A stretch of DNA of 64,000 nt from Bacteroidales bacterium (GTDB lineage Bacteria > Bacteroidota > Bacteroidia > Bacteroidales > M50B96), in the NCBI GenBank assembly GCA_018401015.1, contig JAGYLP010000001.1, positions 78,463-142,462 on the forward strand, written 5' to 3'. Of the stretch, positions 28,583 to 37,640 are shown piece after piece (position 1 is the first letter of the stretch; the number at the start of each line of letters is the position of its first letter). The translations under genes were made by a program, and so were the position numbers. The notes below the pieces were generated by a model, which saw nothing but the letters and a program-made list of their open reading frames with translations, searched no databases and was not told the origin of the DNA.

Positions 28583-30073
28583 ATGGGCATTGTTCAGAAG
28601 CAGTCAATTACCGGTTCGGTTTACACCTACCTCGGAGCAGGCTTAGGGTTTGTCGTTTCAGGATTGCTCTTTCCGAAGTTTTTAACTACCGCCGAGATTG
28701 GGCTAATCAATGTTCTGGTGGCCTATGCAGTGCTTTTTGCGCAGTTCTCCAACCTCGGAGTGCACAATATCACCACGCGCCTCTTTCCCATGTTTCGCGA
28801 TAACCAATCGGGACACCACGGATTCTTCGGATTGGCCATGATCATTAACCTGATGGGAATAGGGCTCGGGTTGCTACTCTTTTGGGCCATGCGAAGTTAC
28901 TTAATCGACACGGCCGAAGCCGATAAAGAATTACTCCAGGAATACATCCATATCTTGCCGCTTCTGTTCATCGCGGTAGCCTTCTTTCTCGTTTTCGACG
29001 ATTATAATAAGGTGCTGTATAACTCCACCCGTGGGATTTTCCTCAAAGAGTTTTTCATTCGGGTGGTGATCTTATTATCCATTGTAGGCTACATTTTTGA
29101 GCTTTTCTCTTTCAAGCTTTTCATGTACGGTTACCTGGCTGCTTATGTATTGCCGGCACTCCTCTTTTTTTATTATCTGAAACGAGAGAAAAGTATTTTT
29201 TGGAAGCTGGAACCACGATTTATTTCGCCCGAGTTTCGAAAAGAACTCATTAGCGTAGGCTTTTATGGAATCTTTTCAAGCCTGTCGGCTACGGTGGTGG
29301 TCAATATCGACCGGATTATGATCAAGGACATGATGGATTTAGATGCGGCCGGGGTTTATTCCACTGCCTTCTTCTTCGGAATTCTTGTTGCCCTGCCATC
29401 TCGGGCTGTTCTTAAAACCATCTCCATTTATATTGCTGAGTCGTGGAAGGAGAATAATTTAAGCAAAATCCATTTCATTTATCAAAAGGCAAGCGTTAAT
29501 CAAAGCCTGATTGGCTTATTGCTGATGATAGGTTTATGGGCGAACATCGACAATATCTTACTCATTTTAGGCGATGATTTCGCAGCGGGCTATTGGGTTA
29601 TTCTCTTGATAGGCTTCACGTATTTTATCGAAATGGTGAGTGGGGGAGCGAATGTTATTCTGAATAACTCGAAAAGCTATCGACTCGTTAGTGTCCTACT
29701 TATCATCATGATTCTATTGCTGGTGGTTGGAAACTGGTGGTTAATCCCTCGAATGGGGATTGTAGGAGCGGCCGTTTCCTCTTTAATTGCTCGCAGTACT
29801 TATAATCTTTCGGCCGTAGGAATCGTGTGGTTCAAATACCGACTCACTCCATTTAATTTCCGCTATACCTTCATTCTAATCAGTGGCCTTATTTGCCTCG
29901 CAATCGATTGGTTCCTACCCGCTTTCTCCTCGCATTGGATCGATATTCCTGTTCGCTCCATCTTAATAGGTGTTGCCTTCGTCGGATTGAATTACCTATT
30001 TCGTTCCAGCGAAGAACTGAATACGCTTTTTAATCAGTTCCTCCATCGAGTTAGACGAGGATTAAAAAATTAA
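28583..30073 (+). CDS. polysaccharide/oligosaccharide flippase family protein (Wzx/MOP-type)
   Basis: The 496-aa protein is polytopic and hydrophobic throughout. Its N-terminus GSVYTYLGAGLGFVVSGLLFPKFLTTAEIGL is typical of the polysaccharide biosynthesis protein family. Confidence 0.7.
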   Translation: MGIVQKQSITGSVYTYLGAGLGFVVSGLLFPKFLTTAEIGLINVLVAYAVLFAQFSNLGVHNITTRLFPMFRDNQSGHHGFFGLAMIINLMGIGLGLLLFWAMRSYLIDTAEADKELLQEYIHILPLLFIAVAFFLVFDDYNKVLYNSTRGIFLKEFFIRVVILLSIVGYIFELFSFKLFMYGYLAAYVLPALLFFYYLKREKSIFWKLEPRFISPEFRKELISVGFYGIFSSLSATVVVNIDRIMIKDMMDLDAAGVYSTAFFFGILVALPSRAVLKTISIYIAESWKENNLSKIHFIYQKASVNQSLIGLLLMIGLWANIDNILLILGDDFAAGYWVILLIGFTYFIEMVSGGANVILNNSKSYRLVSVLLIIMILLLVVGNWWLIPRMGIVGAAVSSLIARSTYNLSAVGIVWFKYRLTPFNFRYTFILISGLICLAIDWFLPAFSSHWIDIPVRSILIGVAFVGLNYLFRSSEELNTLFNQFLHRVRRGLKN

Positions 30074-30259
30074 TCCAAGATTTAAGATTCAATCCCGATT
30101 CATTGGGAATTCCACTACCCTCCAGAATTCAAGATTGCTCTCTTGGCAAACCACTGAATGATTTTGATAGCTATATATCCCCTATCAATCGATTCATCCC
30201 TAAGCTATTACTTAGAATCCCCAATTTTGAATATTAAATTTTGAATTCCCAATCCAAGC

Positions 30260-31969
30260 CTATCCCCGATTCGCTTTCGCCCAGGAATCCTTCAACGATA
30301 CTACTCGATTAAAGACCGGTTTTTCCGGTGTGCTTAATTTGGGATCGCGGCTGAAATAGCCAATGCGGGTAAACTGAAACTTGGTATCCAAATTGGCTTC
30401 GAGCAAATACGGTTCTACCATGGCTTCGGGAATGATTTGCAGCGAATCGGGATTTAAAAATTCCGTGAAATCTTTATCCTTGTGTCCGTCGGGATTTTCA
30501 TCGTTGAAGAGGCGGTCGTATAAACGGACCTCTGCTTTTTGAGCATGCGTGGCCGATACCCAATGCAAGGTTCCTTTCACTTTGCGCTGATCGCCCGAAC
30601 CCGATTTGGTGCTTGGGTCGTAGGTGCAGTATATTTCCTCGATTGCTCCGGTCGTTTCATTCTTCTTAAATCCGGTACATTGAACAATGTAGGCCGATTT
30701 GAGACGCACTTCGGCTCCGGGAGCAAGACGGAAAAATTTCTTGGGTGGATCCTCCATGAAATCGTCGCGCTCAATGTAGAGTTCCCTGCCGAAATATAAT
30801 GGATGAGAACCGGATTCGGGATTTTCTGGATTATTGATGGTAGATAGCAGTTCCTCTTCTCCTTCGGGATAATTGGTAACAATTAGTTTAACCGGATTCA
30901 GCACAGCCATGACACGATCGGCAATTTTGTTCAAGTGTTCGCGAACAGAGCTTTCGAGCAATCCAATATCGTTCAGAGCCAGGTACTTGGTGTAACCAAT
31001 TTTATCGATGAAATTCCGAATGGATTCAGGAGTGTACCCGCGTCGGCGTAAACCTGATAAGGTGGGCATGCGTGGGTCGGCCCAACCATCTACGACCTTT
31101 TCCTGAACGAGTTGTAGCAGTTTTCGCTTACTCATTACCGTGTAGGTGAGGTTGAGCCGGTTAAATTCAATTTGCCGCGGACGATAATCGTCGGTTTTCA
31201 GCTGATCGATGAACCAGTCGTAAAGCTCCCGGTGGGGAACAAATTCCAATGTGCAAAGGGAATGAGTAACTCCTTCGAAATAATCCGATTGCCCGTGAGC
31301 AAAATCATACATGGGATATACTTTCCAAGCATCGCCGGTTCGGTGGTGGGGTGTAAACAGGATGCGGTAGATGATCGGATCGCGCATGTGCATGTTCGAG
31401 GAACTCATGTCGATTTTGGCCCGAAGTACTTTACTGCCCTCGGGAAATTCGCCGGCATTCATTCGTTGAAATAAATCGAGGTTTTCTTCCGGCGAACGAT
31501 CACGATAAGGACTATGCGTTCCTGCCTGGGTAGGAGTACCTTTTTGTTTGGCAATTTCGTCGCTTTTTTGGTCATCGACATAGGCTAAGCCGCGTTTAAT
31601 CAAATCGCAGGCAAACTCAAATAAGCGGGGGAAATAATCCGAAGCATAATATTCCCGGTCTTCCCAATCGTAACCTAACCAGCGAATATCGGCTTTTATC
31701 GAATCGACATACTCAACATCTTCCTTAATTGGGTTGGTGTCGTCGAAGCGCAAATTGCACTTTCCTTGATATTTTTCGGCTATTCCAAAATCGAGGCAAA
31801 TGGCTTTGGCATGTCCAATGTGCAGATAACCATTCGGTTCGGGAGGAAAACGTGTGTGTACACGTCCATTGTTCTTACCTCGACTTAGTTCGTCGTCGAT
31901 AATAAGTTCGATAAAGTTCTTACTATTCTTTTTGTTTTCTTCGGAAAGGTTCGATGCTTCGCTGTTCAT
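30260..31969 (-). CDS. glnS: glutaminyl-tRNA synthetase
   Basis: The HIGH motif is FPPEPNGYLHIGHA and the KMSKS variant is VMSKRKL. The length is 569 aa. Confidence 0.95.
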   Translation of the reverse strand: MNSEASNLSEENKKNSKNFIELIIDDELSRGKNNGRVHTRFPPEPNGYLHIGHAKAICLDFGIAEKYQGKCNLRFDDTNPIKEDVEYVDSIKADIRWLGYDWEDREYYASDYFPRLFEFACDLIKRGLAYVDDQKSDEIAKQKGTPTQAGTHSPYRDRSPEENLDLFQRMNAGEFPEGSKVLRAKIDMSSSNMHMRDPIIYRILFTPHHRTGDAWKVYPMYDFAHGQSDYFEGVTHSLCTLEFVPHRELYDWFIDQLKTDDYRPRQIEFNRLNLTYTVMSKRKLLQLVQEKVVDGWADPRMPTLSGLRRRGYTPESIRNFIDKIGYTKYLALNDIGLLESSVREHLNKIADRVMAVLNPVKLIVTNYPEGEEELLSTINNPENPESGSHPLYFGRELYIERDDFMEDPPKKFFRLAPGAEVRLKSAYIVQCTGFKKNETTGAIEEIYCTYDPSTKSGSGDQRKVKGTLHWVSATHAQKAEVRLYDRLFNDENPDGHKDKDFTEFLNPDSLQIIPEAMVEPYLLEANLDTKFQFTRIGYFSRDPKLSTPEKPVFNRVVSLKDSWAKANRG

Positions 31970-32044
31970 ATTTTGGTTTTATTATTTTATGCAAAAATAA
32001 CAGCTTGTATCGGAGTGTCGCCTTTAGGGAAAGAAAAGTTCGAA

Positions 32045-33343
32045 TTAAAAATTTAGCTGTGCTTGCAGTCGTAAGAGACTTCCCTCCTGTTGGTTATCCT
32101 GCAGTAGAAAATCTTCGTAACGTCGTTGGGAAAATACGTACATGGCCACAAGTTCGAACTGTCGGAAAGGTTGCCATTCAATGCCCAATTCGAGTTCACT
32201 TACTTCGTAACTGCGCGCATCGAGTTCGTGTTTTTTACCTCCATCGTAGTAATGATAGCGCGTAAATGGAATAATGACTTGTTTGTGTGAACGGATCAGA
32301 TAACTCAAGGTGATGTATCCTCCGTGTAGCTTTTGCACTTCGATCGAATCGGTTTGGGGGTTGAATTCTGGACCGCTACCCCAATTGTATTCTGCCGCGA
32401 TACCAAAGGGCTGAGGATAAAGGATGAAGGATCCGGCTATCCGTTCGTCGCGATAACTTCGGTCGGTATTAACCTTTACTCCCGGGCTTAGGTTGTTTTC
32501 CAGAAGCACATAGTTGCCCGTGTAAGCCTGCACACCCATCTCTATTAGTTGTTCTTTCCAGGCAAAAGGATACGAAATTCGACTCACAACATGAACCTGG
32601 TTGTTTAAATCGTTCAGGTTGGCGGTTTGTCCGTTATACACTCCCAGGGCAAAAACGCCATAGTCGCCGCTCCCTTTCAGACCTCGCTTCCCGATATCGG
32701 AAAATAGTTTTCGTTTTTCACGTGGCGCATACATGAAAAAGACGCCCAAATCGCGTTCGTTATAAACGGCCGAGTTCATTCCGTCGTTACGGTCGAGAGG
32801 CAAACGATTCTGACTCGATTGCAAGTTTTCGAATCCGTAGGGAACTTTGCTTTGTCCTATCCGAAAACGAAATTCGTTGTTTCGGTCGAGTCCTACATCC
32901 ATGTAGGCATCTTTGAGTTGGGCAAAGTTGAGTTTGCCACCACCACCGCTGCTGGCAAAATCGGGCTGAATATAAAAGAATACTCGTGGATGAATTTTAC
33001 CGTAAAATACAATTCGAATTCGCCTGAAAAAGAAACTTTCGTTGGGCGACCAGGATTTATCGCACTGTTCGCAGCCTAAATCCGGATTTGTCACAAAGAG
33101 CTGATTGTAGCGAACTTGAGCATAACCCCGAATGGCGATTTTATCGTGCCATTCGATAGTGCTTGCTTGAGGATTCGATAGTTCGACCGGTTTCGAGGTA
33201 GTGTTTTGTCCTTGTGCCTCTGATGAATATCCAAGGATAACTAAGGCCAACCCGATACTGATCCTTCTGAGGCTTGTGTAAATACACGAAAAGCCAAGGC
33301 AGGGGTTTAGCCGCGCCAACCCGCGCAAAGTTTCTTTCTTCAT
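32045..33343 (-). CDS. outer-membrane porin, phosphate-selective porin O/P-like
   Basis: The signal peptide is ...GLALVILGYSSEAQG. The body is rich in beta strands and ends in ...LRLQAQLNF. The gene lies directly downstream of the PiT transporter gene. Confidence 0.6.
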   Translation of the reverse strand: MKKETLRGLARLNPCLGFSCIYTSLRRISIGLALVILGYSSEAQGQNTTSKPVELSNPQASTIEWHDKIAIRGYAQVRYNQLFVTNPDLGCEQCDKSWSPNESFFFRRIRIVFYGKIHPRVFFYIQPDFASSGGGGKLNFAQLKDAYMDVGLDRNNEFRFRIGQSKVPYGFENLQSSQNRLPLDRNDGMNSAVYNERDLGVFFMYAPREKRKLFSDIGKRGLKGSGDYGVFALGVYNGQTANLNDLNNQVHVVSRISYPFAWKEQLIEMGVQAYTGNYVLLENNLSPGVKVNTDRSYRDERIAGSFILYPQPFGIAAEYNWGSGPEFNPQTDSIEVQKLHGGYITLSYLIRSHKQVIIPFTRYHYYDGGKKHELDARSYEVSELELGIEWQPFRQFELVAMYVFSQRRYEDFLLQDNQQEGSLLRLQAQLNF

Positions 33344-33357
33344 ACAAAAAAAATAAA

Positions 33358-33390
33358 CAGCCGCTTCGTTCTCCCTAACGAAACGGCTGC
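33358..33390 (-). terminator. terminator-like hairpin between the PiT gene and the porin gene
   Basis: The minus-strand RNA reads cagccgtttcgtt-agggag-aacgaagcggctg, a 13-bp stem with one G-U pair. It is followed by tttatttttttt, which ends 3 nt before the porin ATG. Confidence 0.55.
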
Positions 33391-33401
33391 GGTATTATTA
33401 A

Positions 33402-35666
33402 CTAAGTTTCAACTATAAAGTCGCGCTGCGATTTGAGTAAGTTGATGGAATGCAGCGTAAAGTTTTGTGTCTCGTAAATGAGATTGAAATACAATAAACT
33501 GCTGCGAGTTCCCGATGAAGAATCGGCTTTTAAGGCTCGAATGTGCTCCTTCCGAAGCTTTTTAAGCAAACTCAATAATTCTTCTTGCTTTTTATAAACG
33601 GTTCCAATTTGATCGTAATCGTTGGTTTCGATAATGGTAAGGATTTCGCCTACCATTTCGTTGAGGCTGTCGTTAATCTTCTCGAGGTTGCGAATTTGAT
33701 AATCGGCCAAAGGACGATGGTTGTTATTTACGTGTTCATAGCTTGGTTTGGCTATAAACGTGAGACAGTGAGCCATCTCGCGTAAATAATCCAAAACCTG
33801 AACATAGTAAGGTCCTGTGTCGATGGAGATATACTCGAGTTTCTTTATTGTTTTAAAGACTTTCGATTTCAGTTTTTTAGCTCGTTCGTTCAGGTCGTTT
33901 ACCTTGAGGCTGATTTCCAGCAATTGCTTACGATTTTCCGTTTTTAGCCCATCGATTACTTTTCCATACACTTCGGTAAAATCGATTAAGTTCTGAGTCA
34001 CATTGGAAGTACAGCTTTTGACAATATTTTCCTTTTTCAATACTTCGGCAGCTTCGCTTTGCGCTGCTGTAGTTGCTTCGGCATCTTTTTTATGATGAAG
34101 GGCGTGTGTTCTGTAAATGATAACTGTGGCTAACACAAGCAATGCGCCCAGTGCATATACTTCTCCCCAGGAAATAAAAAGCGCAATGATAAAGGCAATG
34201 GTGAAGGCAATTAGTGCCGTAAAGAACCAACCGCTAATTACCGCTAATACCCCGGTAACTCGATATACAGCGCTTTCTCGTCCCCAGGCTTTATCGGCCA
34301 GGGAGGTTCCCATGGCAACCATGAAGGTGACGTATGTAGTGGAAAGTGGGAGTTTAAGCGATGTTCCGAGAGCAATTAATACACTGGCTACAACCAAGTT
34401 AACCGATGCACGAACCAAGTCGAAGGAAACTTTCTCTTCGCCATCGGGCGTTCGTCCGTTAAAATATTGCGTATCGAATCGTTTAGCTACGGCGTTGCTG
34501 AGGGTATCGGGTACCAATGTTTGAAAACGATGGTTCATTTTGATGGATCCCCGTACGATGGAACGGGCAAAATACGATGACCCAAACCGCTCATCCACCT
34601 CGTCCTGATTACTTAAATCGAGCGATGTTTTTACCACCGAGCGAGCTTTCTTCGATAACCAGAGGGTTATTACCATAATCAATCCGGCAATGAGTAAGAA
34701 AAGTACCGGTGTAGCAACCTTTCCCTGCATACTCGACATGAGAAAACTGCCCGGGTCGGTAGCGCCGCTTTTAATAAAAGCCTGATACGATTCATAACCG
34801 GCAATCGGAACCCCGATAAAGTTGACCAAATCGTTTCCGGCAAATGCCATCGCTAAGGCAAAGGTCCCGATCAGTACAATGGCTTTCAGGACGTTGAACT
34901 TGGTGAGCATGTAAATACCTTGCAAAAGAGCCGACCAAGCCAGGAATCCATATAAAAGAATGTGATAGGTATGGGCTTTTAACCATTGATTGATGGTTAT
35001 TCCACTATCGAGTACAATTTCAGCATACGTAGAACCTTTCATCCCTTTAATTAGAATAAAATAGGTAATAGCGGTAATGGCAGCACCTCCCCATAAGGCT
35101 CCGTAATACTTGATATTCTTCATGAAATTGAAGGTGAAAGCTAAGCGGGTAAGGTATTGGATAAGGGCTCCAACCGAGAAGGAAACCACTACCGAAACCA
35201 ATATTCCGGTTATAATCGCCAGCGCCTTGGCGGAGTTAATATATTGTGATAAATCGCCGGCATTCGGATCGTTGTAAATCTTCAGAATCGAAACAGCTAC
35301 GGCTGCCCCTAATAATTCAAACACAATGGAAACGGTAGTGGAGGTGGGCATTCCGAAGGTGTTAAATACGTCGAGCAAAATCACATCCGTAATCATGACC
35401 GCCAGGAAAATAATCATGATTTCAGTTAAGTAGAAATGCTGTGGGTGAAAAATGCCTTTACGCGCAACTTCCATCATTCCCGAAGAAAAAGTAGCTCCGA
35501 CCAACACGCCGAGGCTGGCAATAACCATAATTAACCAGAAAGGGGCAACTTTGGAACCGATGGCTGAATTGAGGAAGTTAACTGCGTCGTTACTAACTCC
35601 TACCACTAAGTCGGAAATGGCTAGGAGAAACAAGATGGCCACAATGGCAATCAAGAAAGTTTCCAT
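33402..35666 (-). CDS. inorganic phosphate transporter (PiT/PHO4 family) fused to a C-terminal PhoU-like cytoplasmic domain
   Basis: The N-terminal roughly 520 aa are polytopic and carry PiT signatures GVSNDAVNFLNSAIG and FAGNDLVNFIGVP. The C-terminal roughly 230 aa are soluble and helical (...YYVQVLDYLREMAHCL..., ...LLYFNLIYETQNFTLHSINLLK), like PhoU or Na/Pi-cotransporter tails. Confidence 0.8.
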   Translation of the reverse strand: METFLIAIVAILFLLAISDLVVGVSNDAVNFLNSAIGSKVAPFWLIMVIASLGVLVGATFSSGMMEVARKGIFHPQHFYLTEIMIIFLAVMITDVILLDVFNTFGMPTSTTVSIVFELLGAAVAVSILKIYNDPNAGDLSQYINSAKALAIITGILVSVVVSFSVGALIQYLTRLAFTFNFMKNIKYYGALWGGAAITAITYFILIKGMKGSTYAEIVLDSGITINQWLKAHTYHILLYGFLAWSALLQGIYMLTKFNVLKAIVLIGTFALAMAFAGNDLVNFIGVPIAGYESYQAFIKSGATDPGSFLMSSMQGKVATPVLFLLIAGLIMVITLWLSKKARSVVKTSLDLSNQDEVDERFGSSYFARSIVRGSIKMNHRFQTLVPDTLSNAVAKRFDTQYFNGRTPDGEEKVSFDLVRASVNLVVASVLIALGTSLKLPLSTTYVTFMVAMGTSLADKAWGRESAVYRVTGVLAVISGWFFTALIAFTIAFIIALFISWGEVYALGALLVLATVIIYRTHALHHKKDAEATTAAQSEAAEVLKKENIVKSCTSNVTQNLIDFTEVYGKVIDGLKTENRKQLLEISLKVNDLNERAKKLKSKVFKTIKKLEYISIDTGPYYVQVLDYLREMAHCLTFIAKPSYEHVNNNHRPLADYQIRNLEKINDSLNEMVGEILTIIETNDYDQIGTVYKKQEELLSLLKKLRKEHIRALKADSSSGTRSSLLYFNLIYETQNFTLHSINLLKSQRDFIVET

Positions 35667-35727
35667 CGTACAAGAATTAATTTCAGGGCGAAAATATATC
35701 CTATCTTTAACAAAAGGATGTGGCCTG

Positions 35728-35767
35728 TGTTAAGTTAATGTTAAGCGAATTTCGATTCAATATTAAG
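35728..35767. promoter_or_regulatory. Pho-box-like direct repeats in the divergent PiT / histidine-kinase promoter region
   Basis: TGTTAAG-ttaa-TGTTAAG lies at 35728-35745, a perfect 7-bp repeat with a 4-bp spacer. A third in-phase copy, TATTAAG, lies at 35761 (offset 33 = 3 x 11). CATTAAG lies at 35793. Confidence 0.45.
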
Positions 35768-35824
35768 TAATTTTATGTAATTACTAATTATTCATTAAGT
35801 TACCTAGCCCCCCGGCAAATTATT

Positions 35825-35832
35825 TAATTTTG
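35825..35832 (+). promoter_or_regulatory. candidate -7 promoter box TAATTTTG for the histidine kinase / response regulator operon
   Basis: The box matches TAnnTTTG exactly and sits 17 nt upstream of the ATG at 35849. No TTTG -33 element is present; a CATTAAG repeat occupies that position instead. Confidence 0.3.
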
Positions 35833-35848
35833 CAAAAAGTTTTAAAAC

Positions 35849-36919
35849 ATGAATCTCACCGCACCCAAAAATATGGCAATCTTCCTGGCACTGCTGATTG
35901 CCTTGCTAACCGGTTTACTTACCATCATGTTTGTTTGGGTCGATACGAATAGTTTTTTTGAACTATGGGTCGTGTATGTCCTCTCCGTTTTCATTATTTT
36001 TTACGTAGTCCTTTTCTACGCACTGAATAATTTTATCATCCATCGAATTCGACCTATTTATAAAATCATCCATCAAACCAGTATTCCCGATAGGCGCATT
36101 CGCGAACAATTAGAGAATAAAGATATCATTGCAGTGGTGAAGGAAGAAGTAGAGGTTTGGGCTAAAAGTAAGGCTCAGGAAATTAGTCAGTTAAAGCAAA
36201 TGGAGAAGTACCGGAAAGAATTCCTTGGAAATGTATCGCACGAGTTGAAAACACCGGTCTTCAATATTCAAGGTTATGTTTCAACGCTGTTGGAAGGGGG
36301 AGTAAACGACCCGGAGATTAATGTGCGCTATCTCGAGCGTACCGAAAAAAGTATCAATCGGCTTATCAGTATCATCAACGATCTGGAAAGTATCTCGATG
36401 CTCGAATCGGGCGAGCTCAAGCTGAAGTACGAAAACTTCAATATAGTTGAATTGGTGCGCGATGTGTTCGAATTGCATGAGGTAAAAGCAAGCCGACGGG
36501 GAATCAAACTGAACCTGGAAACCGACGACGACAATCCGATTCTAGTATCGGCCGATAAAGGAAAAATATTCGAAGCCATGTCGAACCTGGTCGGGAATAG
36601 TATTAAATACGGTAAAGAGAAAGGCGAAACGAAGATATCTTTTCTCGATATGGATAATCGATTGGTGGTCGAAGTGGCCGACAATGGAATAGGAATCGAT
36701 GCGCAGGATTTGCCACGTGTATTTGAACGATTCTACCGAACCGATAAAAGTCGTTCGCGCGATATGGGCGGAACCGGATTAGGCCTATCCATTGTGAAAC
36801 ATATCATCGAAGCTCATCGTCAAACCATTAACTGTCGGAGCACTCCCGGCAATGGAACAGCCTTTAGTTTTACCTTGCGCAAGTCGGAAACGGTATCTCC
36901 CAAATCCATTCTCACCTAA
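35849..36919 (+). CDS. sensor histidine kinase (PhoR-like by context)
   Basis: Two N-terminal TM helices are followed by the HisKA H-box VSHELKTPVF. ATPase N, G1 and G2 boxes are present (NLVGNSIKYG, DNGIGI, GGTGLGLSI). Confidence 0.85.
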   Translation: MNLTAPKNMAIFLALLIALLTGLLTIMFVWVDTNSFFELWVVYVLSVFIIFYVVLFYALNNFIIHRIRPIYKIIHQTSIPDRRIREQLENKDIIAVVKEEVEVWAKSKAQEISQLKQMEKYRKEFLGNVSHELKTPVFNIQGYVSTLLEGGVNDPEINVRYLERTEKSINRLISIINDLESISMLESGELKLKYENFNIVELVRDVFELHEVKASRRGIKLNLETDDDNPILVSADKGKIFEAMSNLVGNSIKYGKEKGETKISFLDMDNRLVVEVADNGIGIDAQDLPRVFERFYRTDKSRSRDMGGTGLGLSIVKHIIEAHRQTINCRSTPGNGTAFSFTLRKSETVSPKSILT

Positions 36920-36942
36920 GCATTCACATCTTAAAATAAACT

Positions 36943-37638
36943 ATGGAAAATCAAGCCTACAAAATTTTACTGGTCGACGACGAACAGGATATCATTGAAT
37001 TTCTCTCCTATAATTTGAAAAAGGAAGGATTTATCGTTTACACCGCTCAAAACGGTATCAAAGCCCTCGAATTGGCTAAAAAACATCTTCCTCACCTCAT
37101 TCTACTCGATGTGATGATGCCTGAAATGGACGGAATTGAAACCTGCGAAGAAATTCGTAAAAACCCTTTGCTCGAAAATACCATTGTAGCTTTTCTTACC
37201 GCGCGCGGCGAAGATTATAGCCAAATAGCCGGATTCGATGCCGGTGCCGACGATTACATTACAAAGCCCATCAAGCCCAAACTGCTGGTGTCGCGCATCA
37301 ATGCCTTGCTTAAGCGTTATAATGTTGGGAATGCTGCTCCTGCCGCCGATAGCGTAATCATCAAAACGGGCGATCTGATTATCGACCGGGAAAAATACCT
37401 GGTGTATAAAAACGAGGAGCCGATTTCGCTCCCGAAAAAAGAATTCGAACTGCTTGTCTTACTCGCCGGTAAACCCGATAAAGTGTTTCTGCGCGATGAA
37501 ATTTATTCGGTGATATGGGGCGATAGCGTCGTGGTAGGCGATCGAACCATCGATGTTCATATTCGTAAACTACGCGAAAAAATTGGCGAGGCACACATCA
37601 AAACGGTCAAGGGAGTTGGCTATAAGTTTATCGAATAG
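36943..37638 (+). CDS. OmpR/PhoB family response regulator
   Basis: The receiver domain has ILLVDDEQD and LLDVMMPEMDG. A C-terminal winged-helix domain (...DRTIDVHIRKLREKI...GVGYKF) is present. Confidence 0.9.
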   Translation: MENQAYKILLVDDEQDIIEFLSYNLKKEGFIVYTAQNGIKALELAKKHLPHLILLDVMMPEMDGIETCEEIRKNPLLENTIVAFLTARGEDYSQIAGFDAGADDYITKPIKPKLLVSRINALLKRYNVGNAAPAADSVIIKTGDLIIDREKYLVYKNEEPISLPKKEFELLVLLAGKPDKVFLRDEIYSVIWGDSVVVGDRTIDVHIRKLREKIGEAHIKTVKGVGYKFIE

Positions 37639-37640
37639 CG

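Noticed and set aside
30074-30259. Repeated GAAT(T/C)CCCAAT / ATTGGGAATTC motifs and AATTTTGAAT duplicates between the flippase and glnS genes, considered as a possible miniature inverted-repeat element.
   Set aside because: The inverted repeat is only 11 bp and its core is the self-palindromic GAATTC. There are no target-site duplications and no longer terminal repeats, so this is probably low-complexity spacer.
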